NCBI GenBank assembly: GCA_023701125.1 | Contig: JAMPXO010000003.1 | Location: 32,391-96,390, forward strand | Length of the DNA: 64,000 nucleotides | Direction: 5' to 3' | Source: Vicinamibacteria bacterium | Lineage (GTDB): Bacteria > Acidobacteriota > Vicinamibacteria > Fen-336 | Shown: positions 18,336 through 30,773 of the stretch, piece after piece | Numbering within the stretch: the stretch's first letter is position 1 | Layout: every line of letters starts with the position of its first letter | Notes under the pieces: model-generated | Database searches by the model: none | Seen by the model: only the letters and a program-made list of their open reading frames with translations | Told to the model about the DNA's origin: nothing | Translations under genes and position numbers: made by a program

Positions 18336-19565
18336 ATGAAGCCTGACACCCGCCGCCCACTCGCCGACACGACCCGCGCCGTCCACGCCGGGCGCCACGA
18401 CCTCGCCGAGTTGGGCCTGCACGCGCCGCCGATCGACCTCTCCAGCACCTACCCGACTCCCGACCTCGAGGCCGCGGGGCTCAGCATGGGTTCGCTGGGC
18501 GCTGGCGGCCGGCCGAAGGGCAGCTTCATCTACTCGCGCATGCACAACCCCACGGTTGCCCGCTTCGAGGACGGCATCGCGGAGCTGGAAGGCGCCGAGG
18601 CCGCGGTCGCGTTCGGCTCGGGCATGGCGGCGATCACGGCCGCGCTGCTGGCCGCGGCCGACAACGGCAAGCGGCGCCACGTGCTGGCGGTGCGCCCGCT
18701 GTACGGCGGCACCGACCATCTGCTCGAGGCCGGCACGCTCGGCCTCGACGTGACCTTCACGGACGCAGCGCATGCTGCCGAGCACATCCGGCCGGACACG
18801 GGGCTCGCCATCGCCGAGACGCCGGGCAACCCGACCCTCGACCTGGTCGACATCCGCGCGCTGGCGACCCGCCTGGGCGACGTGCCGCTGATGCTCGACA
18901 ACACGTTCTCGACGCCGATCCTGCAGAACCCGCTGGCATTCGGCGCTGCGCTCGCTCTCCACTCCGCCACCAAGGCGATCGGCGGCCACGGCGACGTGCT
19001 GGCCGGCGTGATCGCCTGCTCGGAGGCGTGGGCCGAGCGGCTGCGCAAGGTGCGGGTGCTGACCGGAGCGGTGCTGCACCCGCTGGCGGCCTACCTGCTC
19101 CACCGCGGCCTGCCGACGCTGCCGCTGCGCGTGCGCGCGATGCAGGCGACGGCCCAGGTGCTGGCCGAGCGCCTCGCGGCCCACCCGGGGATCTCCCGCG
19201 TGCTGTTCCCCGGCCTGCGTGGCGCGGACCCGAACGGGTTGCTCGGTCGCCAGATGCGCGGCCCCGGCTCGATCATGGCCTTCGAGGTCGAAGGCGGGAT
19301 CGAAGCGGCCGCGCGGATGATGAAGACGCTGCAGATCGTCACCCCCGCGGTCAGCCTCGGCTCGACCGACACGCTGATCCAGCACCCGGCGGCGCTCACC
19401 CACCGCTCGGTGTCCGAGGCGGCGCGGCGCGCCGAGGGCATCACCGGTGGCCTGCTCCGCCTCTCGGTCGGCCTCGAGGACGTCGAGGACCTGTGGCACG
19501 ACCTGGAGACCGGCCTGGCCGCCGCGGCCGAGGTCGCGCATCCGGCGGAGATGGCGAAGGCCTGA
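18336..19565 (+). CDS. Cys/Met-metabolism PLP enzyme (methionine gamma-lyase / cystathionine gamma-synthase family)
   Basis: ATG at 18336 ('MKPDTRRPLADTTRAVHAG'). PLP-lysine region 'HSATKAIGGHGDVLAGV'. Confidence 0.8.
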   Translation: MKPDTRRPLADTTRAVHAGRHDLAELGLHAPPIDLSSTYPTPDLEAAGLSMGSLGAGGRPKGSFIYSRMHNPTVARFEDGIAELEGAEAAVAFGSGMAAITAALLAAADNGKRRHVLAVRPLYGGTDHLLEAGTLGLDVTFTDAAHAAEHIRPDTGLAIAETPGNPTLDLVDIRALATRLGDVPLMLDNTFSTPILQNPLAFGAALALHSATKAIGGHGDVLAGVIACSEAWAERLRKVRVLTGAVLHPLAAYLLHRGLPTLPLRVRAMQATAQVLAERLAAHPGISRVLFPGLRGADPNGLLGRQMRGPGSIMAFEVEGGIEAAARMMKTLQIVTPAVSLGSTDTLIQHPAALTHRSVSEAARRAEGITGGLLRLSVGLEDVEDLWHDLETGLAAAAEVAHPAEMAKA

Positions 19566-19568
19566 CGA

Positions 19569-19590
19569 GCGGCAGGCTCTGCCTGCCGCG
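19569..19590 (+). terminator. GC hairpin directly after the PLP-enzyme stop (possible terminator; no U-tract)
   Basis: 'cggcagg ctct cctgccg' is a 7-bp stem immediately after the TGA at 19563-19565. Confidence 0.25.
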
Positions 19591-19637
19591 AGCCGCCCGA
19601 CTGCCCGCGGGGCGGGGTTCGCGTAAGATCCGGCCCC

Positions 19638-19970
19638 GTGGCAGCAGCCAAGCGACTCTACAAGGTCACCTTCCTGAACCAGGGCCAGGTCTACGAGATC
19701 TACGCCCGCAACGTGAGCCAGGCGAACCTGATGGGGTTCGTGCAGGTCGAGCACCTGGTGTTCGGCCAGCGGACCACGGTCGTGGTCGACCCCGCCGAAG
19801 AACGGCTGCAGCGCGAATTCGAGGGCGTCAAGCGCTGCTTCCTGCCGATGCAGGCGATCGTCCGCATCGACGAGGTCGAGAAGCAGGGCCCGTCGCGGAT
19901 CTCCGAGGCCGGCAAGGGCGACAACGTGGCCTCCTTCCCGATCCCGCTCTTCAAGCCCAAGGGAGAATGA
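19638..19970 (+). CDS. small conserved protein, DUF1820-like
   Basis: 110-aa ORF ending 1 nt before the FTCD start. The assignment is from memory of the DUF1820 pattern ('YKVTFLNQGQVYEIYA'). Confidence 0.45.
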   Translation: MAAAKRLYKVTFLNQGQVYEIYARNVSQANLMGFVQVEHLVFGQRTTVVVDPAEERLQREFEGVKRCFLPMQAIVRIDEVEKQGPSRISEAGKGDNVASFPIPLFKPKGE

Positions 19971-19971
19971 G

Positions 19972-21582
19972 ATGAAGCTCGTCGAGTGCGTCCCCAACTT
20001 CTCCGAGGGCCGCGACCGGGCGGTGATCGACGCGATCGCCGAGGCCGTGCGCCAGACTCCGGGCTGCGCGCTGCTCGACGTCGACCCGGGCGCCTCCACG
20101 AACCGCACCGTCTACACTTTCGTCGGCGAGCCCGAGGCGGTGGTCGAAGGCGCGCTGGCCGCGGCCCGCGTCGCCCGCCAGAAGATCGACATGCGCCGCC
20201 ACCAGGGCGAGCACCCGCGGATGGGCGCGCTCGACGTGTGCCCTTTCGTGCCGATCTCGGGTGTCACGATGGAGGACTGCGTCGCTCTCTCGAAGCAGTT
20301 CGGCCAGCGCCTCGGCGAGGAGTTGGGCGTGCCGGTGTTCCTGTACGAGGCTGCTGCCACGCAAGCCCACCGCAAGGCGCTCTCGCAGATTCGCGCCGGC
20401 GAGTACGAGGGGCTCGCGGCCCGACTGCCGAAGCCCGAGTGGAAGCCGGACTTCGGGCCGCAGGCCTTCGTGGCCGAGTGGGGCGCGACCGCGACTGGCG
20501 CCCGCTTCTTCCTGATCGCCTACAACGTCAACATCCTCGGCACCAAGGAGCAGGCCCACCGCATCGCGCTCGACGTGCGCGAGCAGGGCCGCGGGCCAGG
20601 CGAGCCGGGCGCACTCAAGGCGGTCAAGGCGATCGGCTGGTTCGTCGACGAGTACCAGATGGCTCAGGTCTCGATGAACCTCGACGACTTCACGACCACC
20701 CCGCCCCACGTCGCGTTCGAGGCCTGCGCCGAGCGGGCGCGGGCGCTCAACCTCGGCGTGGTGGGCTCGGAAATGGTGGGCCTCGTCCCGAAGCAGGCGC
20801 TCCTGATGGCGGCCGACCACTACATCGCCCGCGAGAACCTTTTCGTCCTCGACGAGCGGCAGAAGATCCGCCTCGCCGTCGAGCGCCTCGGCCTCTCCTC
20901 CTGCCAGCCCTTCGTGCCCGAGAAGCGGGTCATCGAGTACATGATCCCGGCCGCCACGACACCCACGCTCACGGGCCTCACGCTGCGCGGCTTCATCGAG
21001 CAGGTCGGCGCTCGCACACCCGCGCCGGGCGGCGGCTCCGTGTCCGCCGCGGTCGCCGCGATGGGCGCCGGGCTGGGCGCGATGATGGGCTGGATGACCT
21101 ACGGCAAGCGCAAGTTCGAGGCGCACGACGCGCGCATGCGGCAACTGATCCCGCCCATGCACGAGGCGATGACCGCCCTGATTCCGCTGGTCGACGCGGA
21201 CACGGCGGCGTTCGACGCCTACATGGGGGCGATGGGGTTGCCGAAGGACACGCCCGAAAAGGCCGCGGCGCGCACGGCCGCGATGCAGGCGGGCCTGCGC
21301 CGGGCGATCGAGGTGCCGCTGTCCGTGATGCGGATCGCCGACCGTTGCTGGGAGCCGATGATCGAACTCGCCCGGTACGGCAACCCGGCCTCGCGCTCCG
21401 ACCTCGACGTCGGCGCCAAGGCGCTGGAGGCCGGCATCTGGGGCTGCGGTCAGAACGTGCTGATCAACCTCGCGGACGTGAAGGACGACGGCTTCCGCAC
21501 GGCCGCGCGCACGGAAGCGGAGGCGCTCGCGGCCCGCGCGAAGGCCCAGCTCGAGGCCGTCCTGGCGACGAAGTCGTCGTAG
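19972..21582 (+). CDS. ftcD: bifunctional glutamate formiminotransferase / formimidoyltetrahydrofolate cyclodeaminase
   Basis: N-terminal 'MKLVECVPNFSEGRD' is the FTCD_N hallmark. The C-terminal half is the cyclodeaminase domain. Confidence 0.8.
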   Translation: MKLVECVPNFSEGRDRAVIDAIAEAVRQTPGCALLDVDPGASTNRTVYTFVGEPEAVVEGALAAARVARQKIDMRRHQGEHPRMGALDVCPFVPISGVTMEDCVALSKQFGQRLGEELGVPVFLYEAAATQAHRKALSQIRAGEYEGLAARLPKPEWKPDFGPQAFVAEWGATATGARFFLIAYNVNILGTKEQAHRIALDVREQGRGPGEPGALKAVKAIGWFVDEYQMAQVSMNLDDFTTTPPHVAFEACAERARALNLGVVGSEMVGLVPKQALLMAADHYIARENLFVLDERQKIRLAVERLGLSSCQPFVPEKRVIEYMIPAATTPTLTGLTLRGFIEQVGARTPAPGGGSVSAAVAAMGAGLGAMMGWMTYGKRKFEAHDARMRQLIPPMHEAMTALIPLVDADTAAFDAYMGAMGLPKDTPEKAAARTAAMQAGLRRAIEVPLSVMRIADRCWEPMIELARYGNPASRSDLDVGAKALEAGIWGCGQNVLINLADVKDDGFRTAARTEAEALAARAKAQLEAVLATKSS

Positions 21583-21591
21583 GCCGTCCGA

Positions 21592-22905
21592 CTAGAACAG
21601 CACCGTGAAGCGGGTCGGCCCTCCGGGCGCGGCCTCCAGCGAGAACGCGCAGCGGTGCTGGGCCAGGATTTCCTGGACGAGCGTGAGCCCGATGCCCTGG
21701 CCGCCCTCCTTCGTGCTGAAGAAGGGGGTGAACAGGTTCGCGCGGACCTCTTCGCTCAACCCGGGTCCCGTGTCGCGGACCTCGATCAGGCCGCGACCCT
21801 CGCGCCGCCCGGTCACCAGCGTGACGGTGCCGCCGCGGCCCGCCGCTTCGATGGCGTTCTTGATCACGTTGGCGAGTGCCTGCTCCAGCAGCGCCCGGTC
21901 CGCGTCCACGATGACCGGCGCCGGCGCCAGCTCCCAGGCGATGGCGACGCCTCGGGCCCGGGCGTGGGCCGCCAGCAGGCGGGCGAGATCGCCCAGCAAC
22001 TCCCCCACGTCCAGGCGCTCCCGGCGCGGAGGTGGCAACCGGAACAGCGCGGCGAAGCGGCCCAGGAAGTCGGCCAGCGCGCGGGTGCGTTCGATCACGA
22101 CGCCCAGCGCGTTTTCGTAGTCGCCACGGTCCTCGTCGCGCAACTGCGGCGCGTAGGCGAGGCAGGACTGCAGCAGCGAGCCCGAGGCGGCGACGGTGGT
22201 GTTGACCTCGTGCGACATCGTGCGGATCAGCTTCTCGTAGGCCGCGCGCTCGGAGCGCCGCAGTTCTTCGGTCAGCTCGTCGAGCACGAAGAAGCGCCTT
22301 CGGAATCCGCGATCGAGGAAGTGCCCACATTGCGCGCGGACGCGCCGCCCCGCGCTGAGGGTCGCGACCCGGGCCTCGCCATCCGCGAGGCCCGCCACCG
22401 CCTCGCCGAGCGGGCCCGGTAGCGACAGGAGGGCGACCCCGCGCAGCGCCGCAGGCTCGCTGTCGAGCAGGCGGGCGGCCGCCGGGTTGGCGACGTCGAC
22501 CCGCTCGTCGAAGTCCAGGACCAGGACGCCCGTGGCCGAGACCTCCAGGATGCGGCTCAGGAAGTGGTGCCGCTCCTCCGCGTGGACCCGTTCCGAGCGC
22601 AACTGGTCGGCCATCCGGTTGTAGACGTGGACCAGTTCGTCGACCTGCGGCTGGCCCGTGGCCACGAAGCGGGTCGTGAAGTCGCCCTCCTCCAGCAGCC
22701 GCGCGCTGTCGCGCGCCAGCTCCAGCGGCTCGAACAGCGCGGCCGTCAGACGGAAGCCGAGCAGCAGGCTGGCCACGAACAGCGTCTCGACCACGATCAG
22801 CGCCGAGCGGTTCTCGACGAGCAGCACGAAGGCCAGGGCGGCGAACACGCCGTGGATGGCGGCCAGGTACACGAGCACCCGCCCTCGTGGGCTCAGCAGC
22901 TTCAC
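21592..22905 (-). CDS. sensor histidine kinase
   Basis: Two N-terminal transmembrane segments, H-box 'MSHEVNT', then the N, G1 and G2 boxes ('NAIEA', 'DTGPGL', 'GGQGIGL'). Confidence 0.75.
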   Translation of the reverse strand: MKLLSPRGRVLVYLAAIHGVFAALAFVLLVENRSALIVVETLFVASLLLGFRLTAALFEPLELARDSARLLEEGDFTTRFVATGQPQVDELVHVYNRMADQLRSERVHAEERHHFLSRILEVSATGVLVLDFDERVDVANPAAARLLDSEPAALRGVALLSLPGPLGEAVAGLADGEARVATLSAGRRVRAQCGHFLDRGFRRRFFVLDELTEELRRSERAAYEKLIRTMSHEVNTTVAASGSLLQSCLAYAPQLRDEDRGDYENALGVVIERTRALADFLGRFAALFRLPPPRRERLDVGELLGDLARLLAAHARARGVAIAWELAPAPVIVDADRALLEQALANVIKNAIEAAGRGGTVTLVTGRREGRGLIEVRDTGPGLSEEVRANLFTPFFSTKEGGQGIGLTLVQEILAQHRCAFSLEAAPGGPTRFTVLF

Positions 22906-24128
22906 GTCGCCAGTCCTCCCGCGGTGTCACAATCCGGCATGCGTCCTGACGGGTCCTGGCACCCGGTCCTGCTGTGGATCACCGCCATTCTCCTGGCCCT
23001 CGGGTTCCACGTTCTGGCCCCGGTACTCGAAGTGCCTGACAGCGCGTCGTACCTCGCGCCGGCCCGTTCATGGGCGCGTGGCGACGGGCTGCTGGAGGCG
23101 GACGGATCGCCGATGTCCTACCGGATGCCGGCCTTCCCGCTGGTCGTCGGCATCGGGATCCGGCTCTCCGGCGATCCCGGGAACCTGGCCTCCGTCAGCC
23201 TGACGAACTTCGTCTGCCTGCTGCTCACCGCGCTGCTGACCCGACGCGCGATCCGGAGTCTCGGGGCGCCCGACCTCGCCGATCTCGGCGGGGCCGTGTG
23301 CCTCCTGTACCCGCCGCTGCTGACCTCCACGGCCCTCGTGCTGCAGGAGACCCTGCTCACGTTGTTCGTGACGCTGCTCTTCTCCTGCCTGGTGACGGCG
23401 ACGAAGGAGGACAGCTGGGGGCCAGCGGGCCTCGCCGGAGCCGCGCTCGGCCTCACGCTGCTGACCAAGCCCGTGATCGCTCCGACGGCGCCGCTGCTGC
23501 TGCTGCTGCTGGCTGCGACGCAGCGCAATGTTCGCAAGCGGGTCGCCGCGTTCTGCCTGCTGGCCGCCCTCGTGGTCGCGCCCTGGGCCATCCGCAACGC
23601 GGTGGTGCTGGGCCGCATCGAGCTGGCGCCGGGCAACACCGGGCACACGCTCCTGGGAGGCACCGTCTCCAACCAGATCGACGACTGGTACGGCTTCGAC
23701 GAGTACGAGAGCGCCGCTCGCGACTGGGCCGCGAGTGCTGCGGGCGCCGACACCCTCGACCGTCACCTGACCCGGGTCGCGCTCCACCGGATCGCGCAGG
23801 ACCCGGCCCGCTGGGCCCGGCTCTGCCTCGAGCGCGTGGGCCGCTTCATGCTTCCCTCGCGGGTCTTCTTCGTGCAGGCGGGGCTCTCGCGGACCGGCAG
23901 CTTCGGCCCCCTGTACGTGGTCGCCAGCCTGGTCAGCGTGGCGCTCTTCGCGCTCACGCTGTTCGTCGGCGGGCTGGCCTGGCGAAGGCGCGACCCCGCG
24001 CTGGCCGTCGGTCCGGTGCTCGTGTTGGGCCACGTGCTGGTCTACGCCGCCACCTACGTGAGCCCCCGCTACGCCCTGCCGATCACCCCGGCGCTGATCG
24101 CCTGCGCCGCCTGGGCCGCGCAAGTCGC

Positions 24129-25502
<1,374 letters not shown>

Positions 25503-25529
25503 GCGCGCTCCGGGGGCCAGGCCTGCGGG

Positions 25530-26741
25530 CTACTCGTAGCGCAGGGCCTCGGCCGGTTCCAGCGAGGCCGCAAGGCGCGCCGGGTAGGCGGCAGCGGCGA
25601 GAGCCAGACCATAGAGGCCGAGGACCGAGAGCGCAAGAGAGCGGGCGAAGACCTCCGGACGGATGCCGCTGACGATGTCCATCAGCGGTACCTGGACCAC
25701 GAGCGCGACGCCAGCCAGCACCGCGATCGTGACCAGCAGCGCCACCTCGGCCAGCACCTGGCGGAACACATCGGCCGCCGCGGCGCCGTGGGCGCGACGC
25801 AGACCGATCTCGCGGGTACGCTGGGTGACGTTCTGCCACAGCACGCCCGACAGGCCGAGCGCCACCATGACCAGCAGGAACAACCCGATCACCCCGCCCG
25901 TCGCCAGCGGCACCAGGCTGATCGAGTTACGCGTGGACCGCATCTGGGACAGCGGCTCGATCTGAAACGTGTAGCCCGGGCGCTCCCGCTCGAGCCGCCG
26001 GAGCAGGCGCTCCTCGAGCGCCACCCCGCTGTCCGGCGCCACCCGGACCAGCATCACCCGCGGCAGCCGCCGGATCGCGCCGCTCGCGGGCTCCGCTCGC
26101 CGGAAGACGTAGTGCTCCGGCCCCATCAGTTCGCCGTCCTGGCGGTAGTCGGCGAGCACGCCGACGATGCGCCGGGCCGGGGGCGGCGCCGAGTCGCGCC
26201 CCTCCTGCTCCGCGGTCGCATCGCGCCCGACCACGTCCGCGGTGTCGAACACGTGGCGGGCGAACGACTCCGTGACGACGATCGGCTCGGCCGCGGCGCC
26301 GTCGTCTTCGCGGGAGAACCAGCGGCCGGCAAGCAGTTTGATCCCCAGCGCTTCGGGCAGCCCGTCGTCCGCGCTCGCGATCCGGAACCTGACCCGCCGG
26401 CCGGCGATGCGTCCGGCGTCCATCCACTGCGACTGCTGGAACGGGGCGGGGTCGATGAATGCCGCGGCCTGCACCTCGGGAAACTCGCGCACGGCAGCGC
26501 GCAGGGCGATCAGGTCTGCGCTCGCCATCACCTCGTCGCGGCGTTCGCCGGTGGACGGGCGGATCTGCACGAACCAGGCGTTCTCCCACTCGAAGCCCAG
26601 CGGCCGTCGCCAGTTGTCCGCTGCGACGACGGAGCCGAGCGTGACGCCGAACAGGACCAGGAACGAGGCGAACAGCTCGGCCAGCAACAGCGCCGACTGG
26701 CGCTTGCGGTGCCACACGAGACGCAGCAGGTGGAGGATCAT
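25530..26741 (-). CDS. ABC transporter permease, FtsX/MacB type
   Basis: Real start 'MILHLLRLVWHRKRQS' makes an ATGA overlap with the upstream permease stop at 26738. Confidence 0.75.
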   Translation of the reverse strand: MILHLLRLVWHRKRQSALLLAELFASFLVLFGVTLGSVVAADNWRRPLGFEWENAWFVQIRPSTGERRDEVMASADLIALRAAVREFPEVQAAAFIDPAPFQQSQWMDAGRIAGRRVRFRIASADDGLPEALGIKLLAGRWFSREDDGAAAEPIVVTESFARHVFDTADVVGRDATAEQEGRDSAPPPARRIVGVLADYRQDGELMGPEHYVFRRAEPASGAIRRLPRVMLVRVAPDSGVALEERLLRRLERERPGYTFQIEPLSQMRSTRNSISLVPLATGGVIGLFLLVMVALGLSGVLWQNVTQRTREIGLRRAHGAAAADVFRQVLAEVALLVTIAVLAGVALVVQVPLMDIVSGIRPEVFARSLALSVLGLYGLALAAAAYPARLAASLEPAEALRYE

Positions 26742-27975
26742 CGCGCGGCTCCCTTCAGCGCCTGCACGGGATGGAGGCGGGCCAGGCGCCACGCCGGGTA
26801 GGCCCCCGACAGCACGCCGAAGAAGACGGCCAGGCCGAGGCCGAGGCCGAACGTGCGCAGGTTGAGGCCCAGTTGCGCGTAGGGGATCAGGCCGCTGTGA
26901 TTGATCGCGGCCAGCACCAGCGGCGCGGCCAGCAGGGCGAGAGCGCCACCCAGCAGCGTGAGCACGACGTTCTCCAGTACGAACTGGCCGACCAGGCTCA
27001 ACGCCGACGCGCCGAACGCCTTGCGTACGCCGATCTCCGGGGCTCGCTCCAGGATGCGGCTGACCGAGAGGTTGACCAGGTTGATCGTCGGCAGTCCCAG
27101 GAACAGCAGGGTCAGCAGGCCCAGAACGCCGACCAGCCGCTCGGGCCGGCTCTCCGCTTCGTCATGGGTGTCGAAGAGCATCCGCGAGGTGCTGGCGAAC
27201 AGGGTCTCGGGCAGCGCCAGGATGCGCTCGAACCCGGGCTCCGCCGACAGGTCGATCCGCTGCAGGCGCGATCGGAACTCGGCCTGGATCTGCGGGAAGG
27301 CCGCCGCGTCGCGGGCCAGCAGGAGCCCCCAGAAATCGCCGCCGAGTTCCTTGCGGTAGGCCTGGTCCTTGGCCGCGGAGTGCGGGACCCAGACGTCGGA
27401 GAACGGCAGGGCCCGCAGCATCGAGACGTCCGCGACGACGCCCATCACGCGGTAGTTCACCCCGTCCACCTCGACGTCGCGGCCCAGCGCTGGAGCGTCG
27501 CCGAAGATCCGCTCGCGTGTGGAACGGTTCAGCACCGCCACCCGCGAGCCCGCCTCGACCTCGGCCTCGGCGAACGGAGCGCCCTCCAGGAACTCGAACT
27601 GGAGGACCCGCCAGTACTCGGCGTCGGTGCGCTTCATGTAGAGCCGGTGCTTCTGGCCGCCCTGGTAGGAAAACGCCTCGCGCATCGTCGAGGTGATCGC
27701 CATCCGCTCGACCCCGGGCAGGTCGCGCGCGTAGCGGTCGAGCAGGCCGAAGCCGGCCGGCGAAGTCGACTGCGCGTTCTTGCCCTCCATCCGGACGTTG
27801 AAGATCAGCAGCGTGCGATCGTGGTGGACCTCCGGCGGGAACGCCCCGAACACGTTGTCGAGCAGCGCCCCGGCCACGATCAGGACGAGCAGGGTCAGCG
27901 CGATGCCGAACAGGCTGATGGCCGTGAACACCTTGCGGCGCTGGAGCACGGCCAGGGCCAGGCGCAGGTGGCTCT

Positions 27976-27982
<7 letters not shown>
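26738..27982 (-). CDS. ABC transporter permease, FtsX/MacB type
   Basis: 'MLKSHLRLALAVLQRRKVF'. Large periplasmic domain plus a C-terminal FtsX transmembrane bundle. Confidence 0.75.
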
Positions 27983-28644
<662 letters not shown>

Positions 28645-28657
28645 CCCTGCTCCTCCG

Positions 28658-29902
28658 TCAGCGCAGCCGCAACCGGCGCGCGGTCCCGAAGGCGCTCGTG
28701 TCGGAGACGAGCACCTCCTCCCCCTCCTGCAGTCCTTCGAGCACCTCGATGTGCTCGTAGCTCGCGACGCCCAGCCGCACGCTGCGGCGGCGGGCTTCCC
28801 CGCCTTCGACCACGAACACGTCCTGCACGCCGAGCCCGGTCAGGCCCGGACCGCGCGCGACCCGCAGCACGCCGGCTCGCTGCTCGGTGAGCACCTCGAC
28901 GTCGACCCGCAGATTCGGCCGCAGCGCCGCGTCGCTGGCGTCCTCCAGGGCCACCCGGAAGCTGACCGCCCCGCCCTGCACCGAGGGCTCGACCGCGGCC
29001 ACCGTGCCGGGCAGCGCCCGCTCGCCGAGCCGCACGCGGACGGGCATCCCGGGCCGGAGGACGTTCGCGTGCACGTCCGACAACGTGGCCTGCACGCGGA
29101 ACCGGGTCAGGTCGGCGACCCGGGCCAGCACGTCGCCCGGCCGCACCGTGGAGCCCTCGTCGGTGATCACGAACGTCAGCACCCCCGCCCGCTCGGCGCG
29201 GGCGGTCGCCCGCTGCAGCGTCCGCCACGCCTCGGCCCGCTCCTGGCGCAGGGTGCCGCCCTCGAGCGCGATCTGGCGCAGCCGGGCCGCGGTGCTGGCC
29301 GCCGCGTTCTTCTGCTCGAACTCGAGCTGCGCCACCTCGATCCGGGCCTGGGCGGTCGCCAGCTCGCTCTGCTGCAGCACTTCTTCCGCGATCAGGCCCT
29401 CGGCGTGCAGCTTGCGGTTGCGGGAGAGCTGGGATTCCAGGCTGGCGAGCTGCAGGCCGCGCACGTTGCGCCGGGCCTCGAGGTCGGACTGGGTGCGCTC
29501 GAGGGCCAGTCGCTCGCGCTCCTCGTCGGTCTCGCGCAGCGAAATCTGCTGGTCGAGCCGCTCCACCGCCAGCCGCGCCGGGGCCACGTCCAGTTCCAGG
29601 ATCGGCTCGCCCGCCGCGAGGGTCGCGCCCGGGCGCTTCAGGACGCGGAGCACACGCGCCTCGACAGGGCTGGTCAGGGCCTGCTCCGACTCGGGCAGCA
29701 CCGTCCCGCTGGCGGAGAGCGAGGCCGCGAGATCGCCACGCTCCACCCGCGCGAGCCGGACGCGGTCGCGGGCGATACTCGGTCCGAACCAGTACGGAAA
29801 CGCGAACCAGGCGGTCAGGCTGGCCACGACCACAGCCGCTGCGAGGCGGATGCGGCGGCGGCGCTGGTCAGCGACGAATTCGGCGTCGAGGGGGCGGTCC
29901 AT
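28658..29902 (-). CDS. HlyD/MacA-family periplasmic adaptor (membrane fusion protein)
   Basis: ATG at 29902 ('MDRPLDAEF') within ORF 28658..29965. Transmembrane anchor, long coiled-coil, beta-barrel and lipoyl-like domains. Confidence 0.75.
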   Translation of the reverse strand: MDRPLDAEFVADQRRRRIRLAAAVVVASLTAWFAFPYWFGPSIARDRVRLARVERGDLAASLSASGTVLPESEQALTSPVEARVLRVLKRPGATLAAGEPILELDVAPARLAVERLDQQISLRETDEERERLALERTQSDLEARRNVRGLQLASLESQLSRNRKLHAEGLIAEEVLQQSELATAQARIEVAQLEFEQKNAAASTAARLRQIALEGGTLRQERAEAWRTLQRATARAERAGVLTFVITDEGSTVRPGDVLARVADLTRFRVQATLSDVHANVLRPGMPVRVRLGERALPGTVAAVEPSVQGGAVSFRVALEDASDAALRPNLRVDVEVLTEQRAGVLRVARGPGLTGLGVQDVFVVEGGEARRRSVRLGVASYEHIEVLEGLQEGEEVLVSDTSAFGTARRLRLR

Positions 29903-29923
29903 GTCGGTTCCGAGCCGACGTAG

Positions 29924-29941
29924 AGCAACCGCGATGCCAGC
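29924..29941 (-). promoter_or_regulatory. candidate sigma-54 (-24/-12) promoter for the adaptor-ABC-FtsX-FtsX(-EBP) operon
   Basis: The minus strand reads 'TGGCATCGCGGTTGCT', which matches TGGCAC-N5-TTGCW with exact GG-N10-GC spacing. It lies about 25 nt upstream of the adaptor ATG. Confidence 0.45.
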
Positions 29942-29962
29942 CAGAAACCCCTGTTTCAGGGG
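29941..29962 (-). terminator. candidate rho-independent terminator of the lipid operon
   Basis: The minus strand reads 'CCCCTG aaa CAGGGG TTTCTGG', about 70 nt downstream of the stop at 30030. Confidence 0.35.
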
Positions 29963-30029
29963 CACTTGTGGCTGATTCCGTGCGCCTTCGGACGAACGGC
30001 CGTCCGGAACCGGACGGCCCGGCCCGAGG

Positions 30030-30773
30030 CTAGCGGGAGCGCTCGATCAAGCGCCTCGAGATCCAGATCGTGCGATGGGTCGCGGTCCAGAAGGTGCCGA
30101 CCGCGATCGCGCCGAGCACGAACAGCGACGGCGTCCCGCTCTGCCAGCCGAAGCGCTCGCACAGCGCCGTGTCGGACAGGCAGACGAGACAGGTGAGCAC
30201 GAGTCGCTCCGCGCGCTGCATCAGGCCCTCCTTGCACAGCACGCCGAGCGACTCGCCGCGGGCCCGCGCGTAGCTGACCAGCAGCGAGCCGGACAGCGCC
30301 GCGGCGGCCACCAGCGCACCGTGCTCGCGGTCGCGCAGGAAGTAGACGAAGCCGAGCAGGCAGAACACCTCGACGAAGCGGTCCAGCGTGCTGTCGATGA
30401 ACTTGCCGTAGTCCGAGTCGAGCTTGCGCGCGCGCGCGATGCGGCCGTCGAGGATGTCGCAAACGCCGCCGGCCGCGATCGCCCAGCCGCCGGCCTCGAG
30501 GTGACCGAGCCCGATGCAGACGCCCGACACCGCGCCGAAGAACAGGCCGGCGAAGTTGAACACGTCGGGCGTCGCCCCCATCGCGAGGAAGAGCCGCTCG
30601 ACCGGCCCGATCACCCACATGAACCAGTGAACCAGGAAGTTGCCCGCGCCGCCCGCGAACTGGGTGTTCTTCTTCGTGGCGTCGGCGTCGCGACCTGCGC
30701 CGGTCAGGGCGAACACGGCCATCGAGGCGAACGCGGTGCCGAAGATGGCGAGAAGGATCTGCAAGCTGCTCAT
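30030..30773 (-). CDS. CDP-alcohol phosphatidyltransferase family protein
   Basis: Canonical D-G-x2-A-R-x8-G-x3-D-x3-D motif ('DILDGRIARARKLDSDYGKFIDSTLDRF') in a polytopic membrane protein. Its ATG directly follows the upstream TAG. Confidence 0.75.
   Translation of the reverse strand: MSSLQILLAIFGTAFASMAVFALTGAGRDADATKKNTQFAGGAGNFLVHWFMWVIGPVERLFLAMGATPDVFNFAGLFFGAVSGVCIGLGHLEAGGWAIAAGGVCDILDGRIARARKLDSDYGKFIDSTLDRFVEVFCLLGFVYFLRDREHGALVAAAALSGSLLVSYARARGESLGVLCKEGLMQRAERLVLTCLVCLSDTALCERFGWQSGTPSLFVLGAIAVGTFWTATHRTIWISRRLIERSR

Noticed and set aside
15643-20108. N-terminal portions of ORFs 15643..18165 and 17736..20108, and ORF 16434..18266 (+)
   Set aside because: Only the in-frame C-terminal parts (membrane protein 15643..16257; Lrp 17736..18281) look like real proteins. 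The upstream extensions are GC-rich artefacts that overlap the esterase gene.
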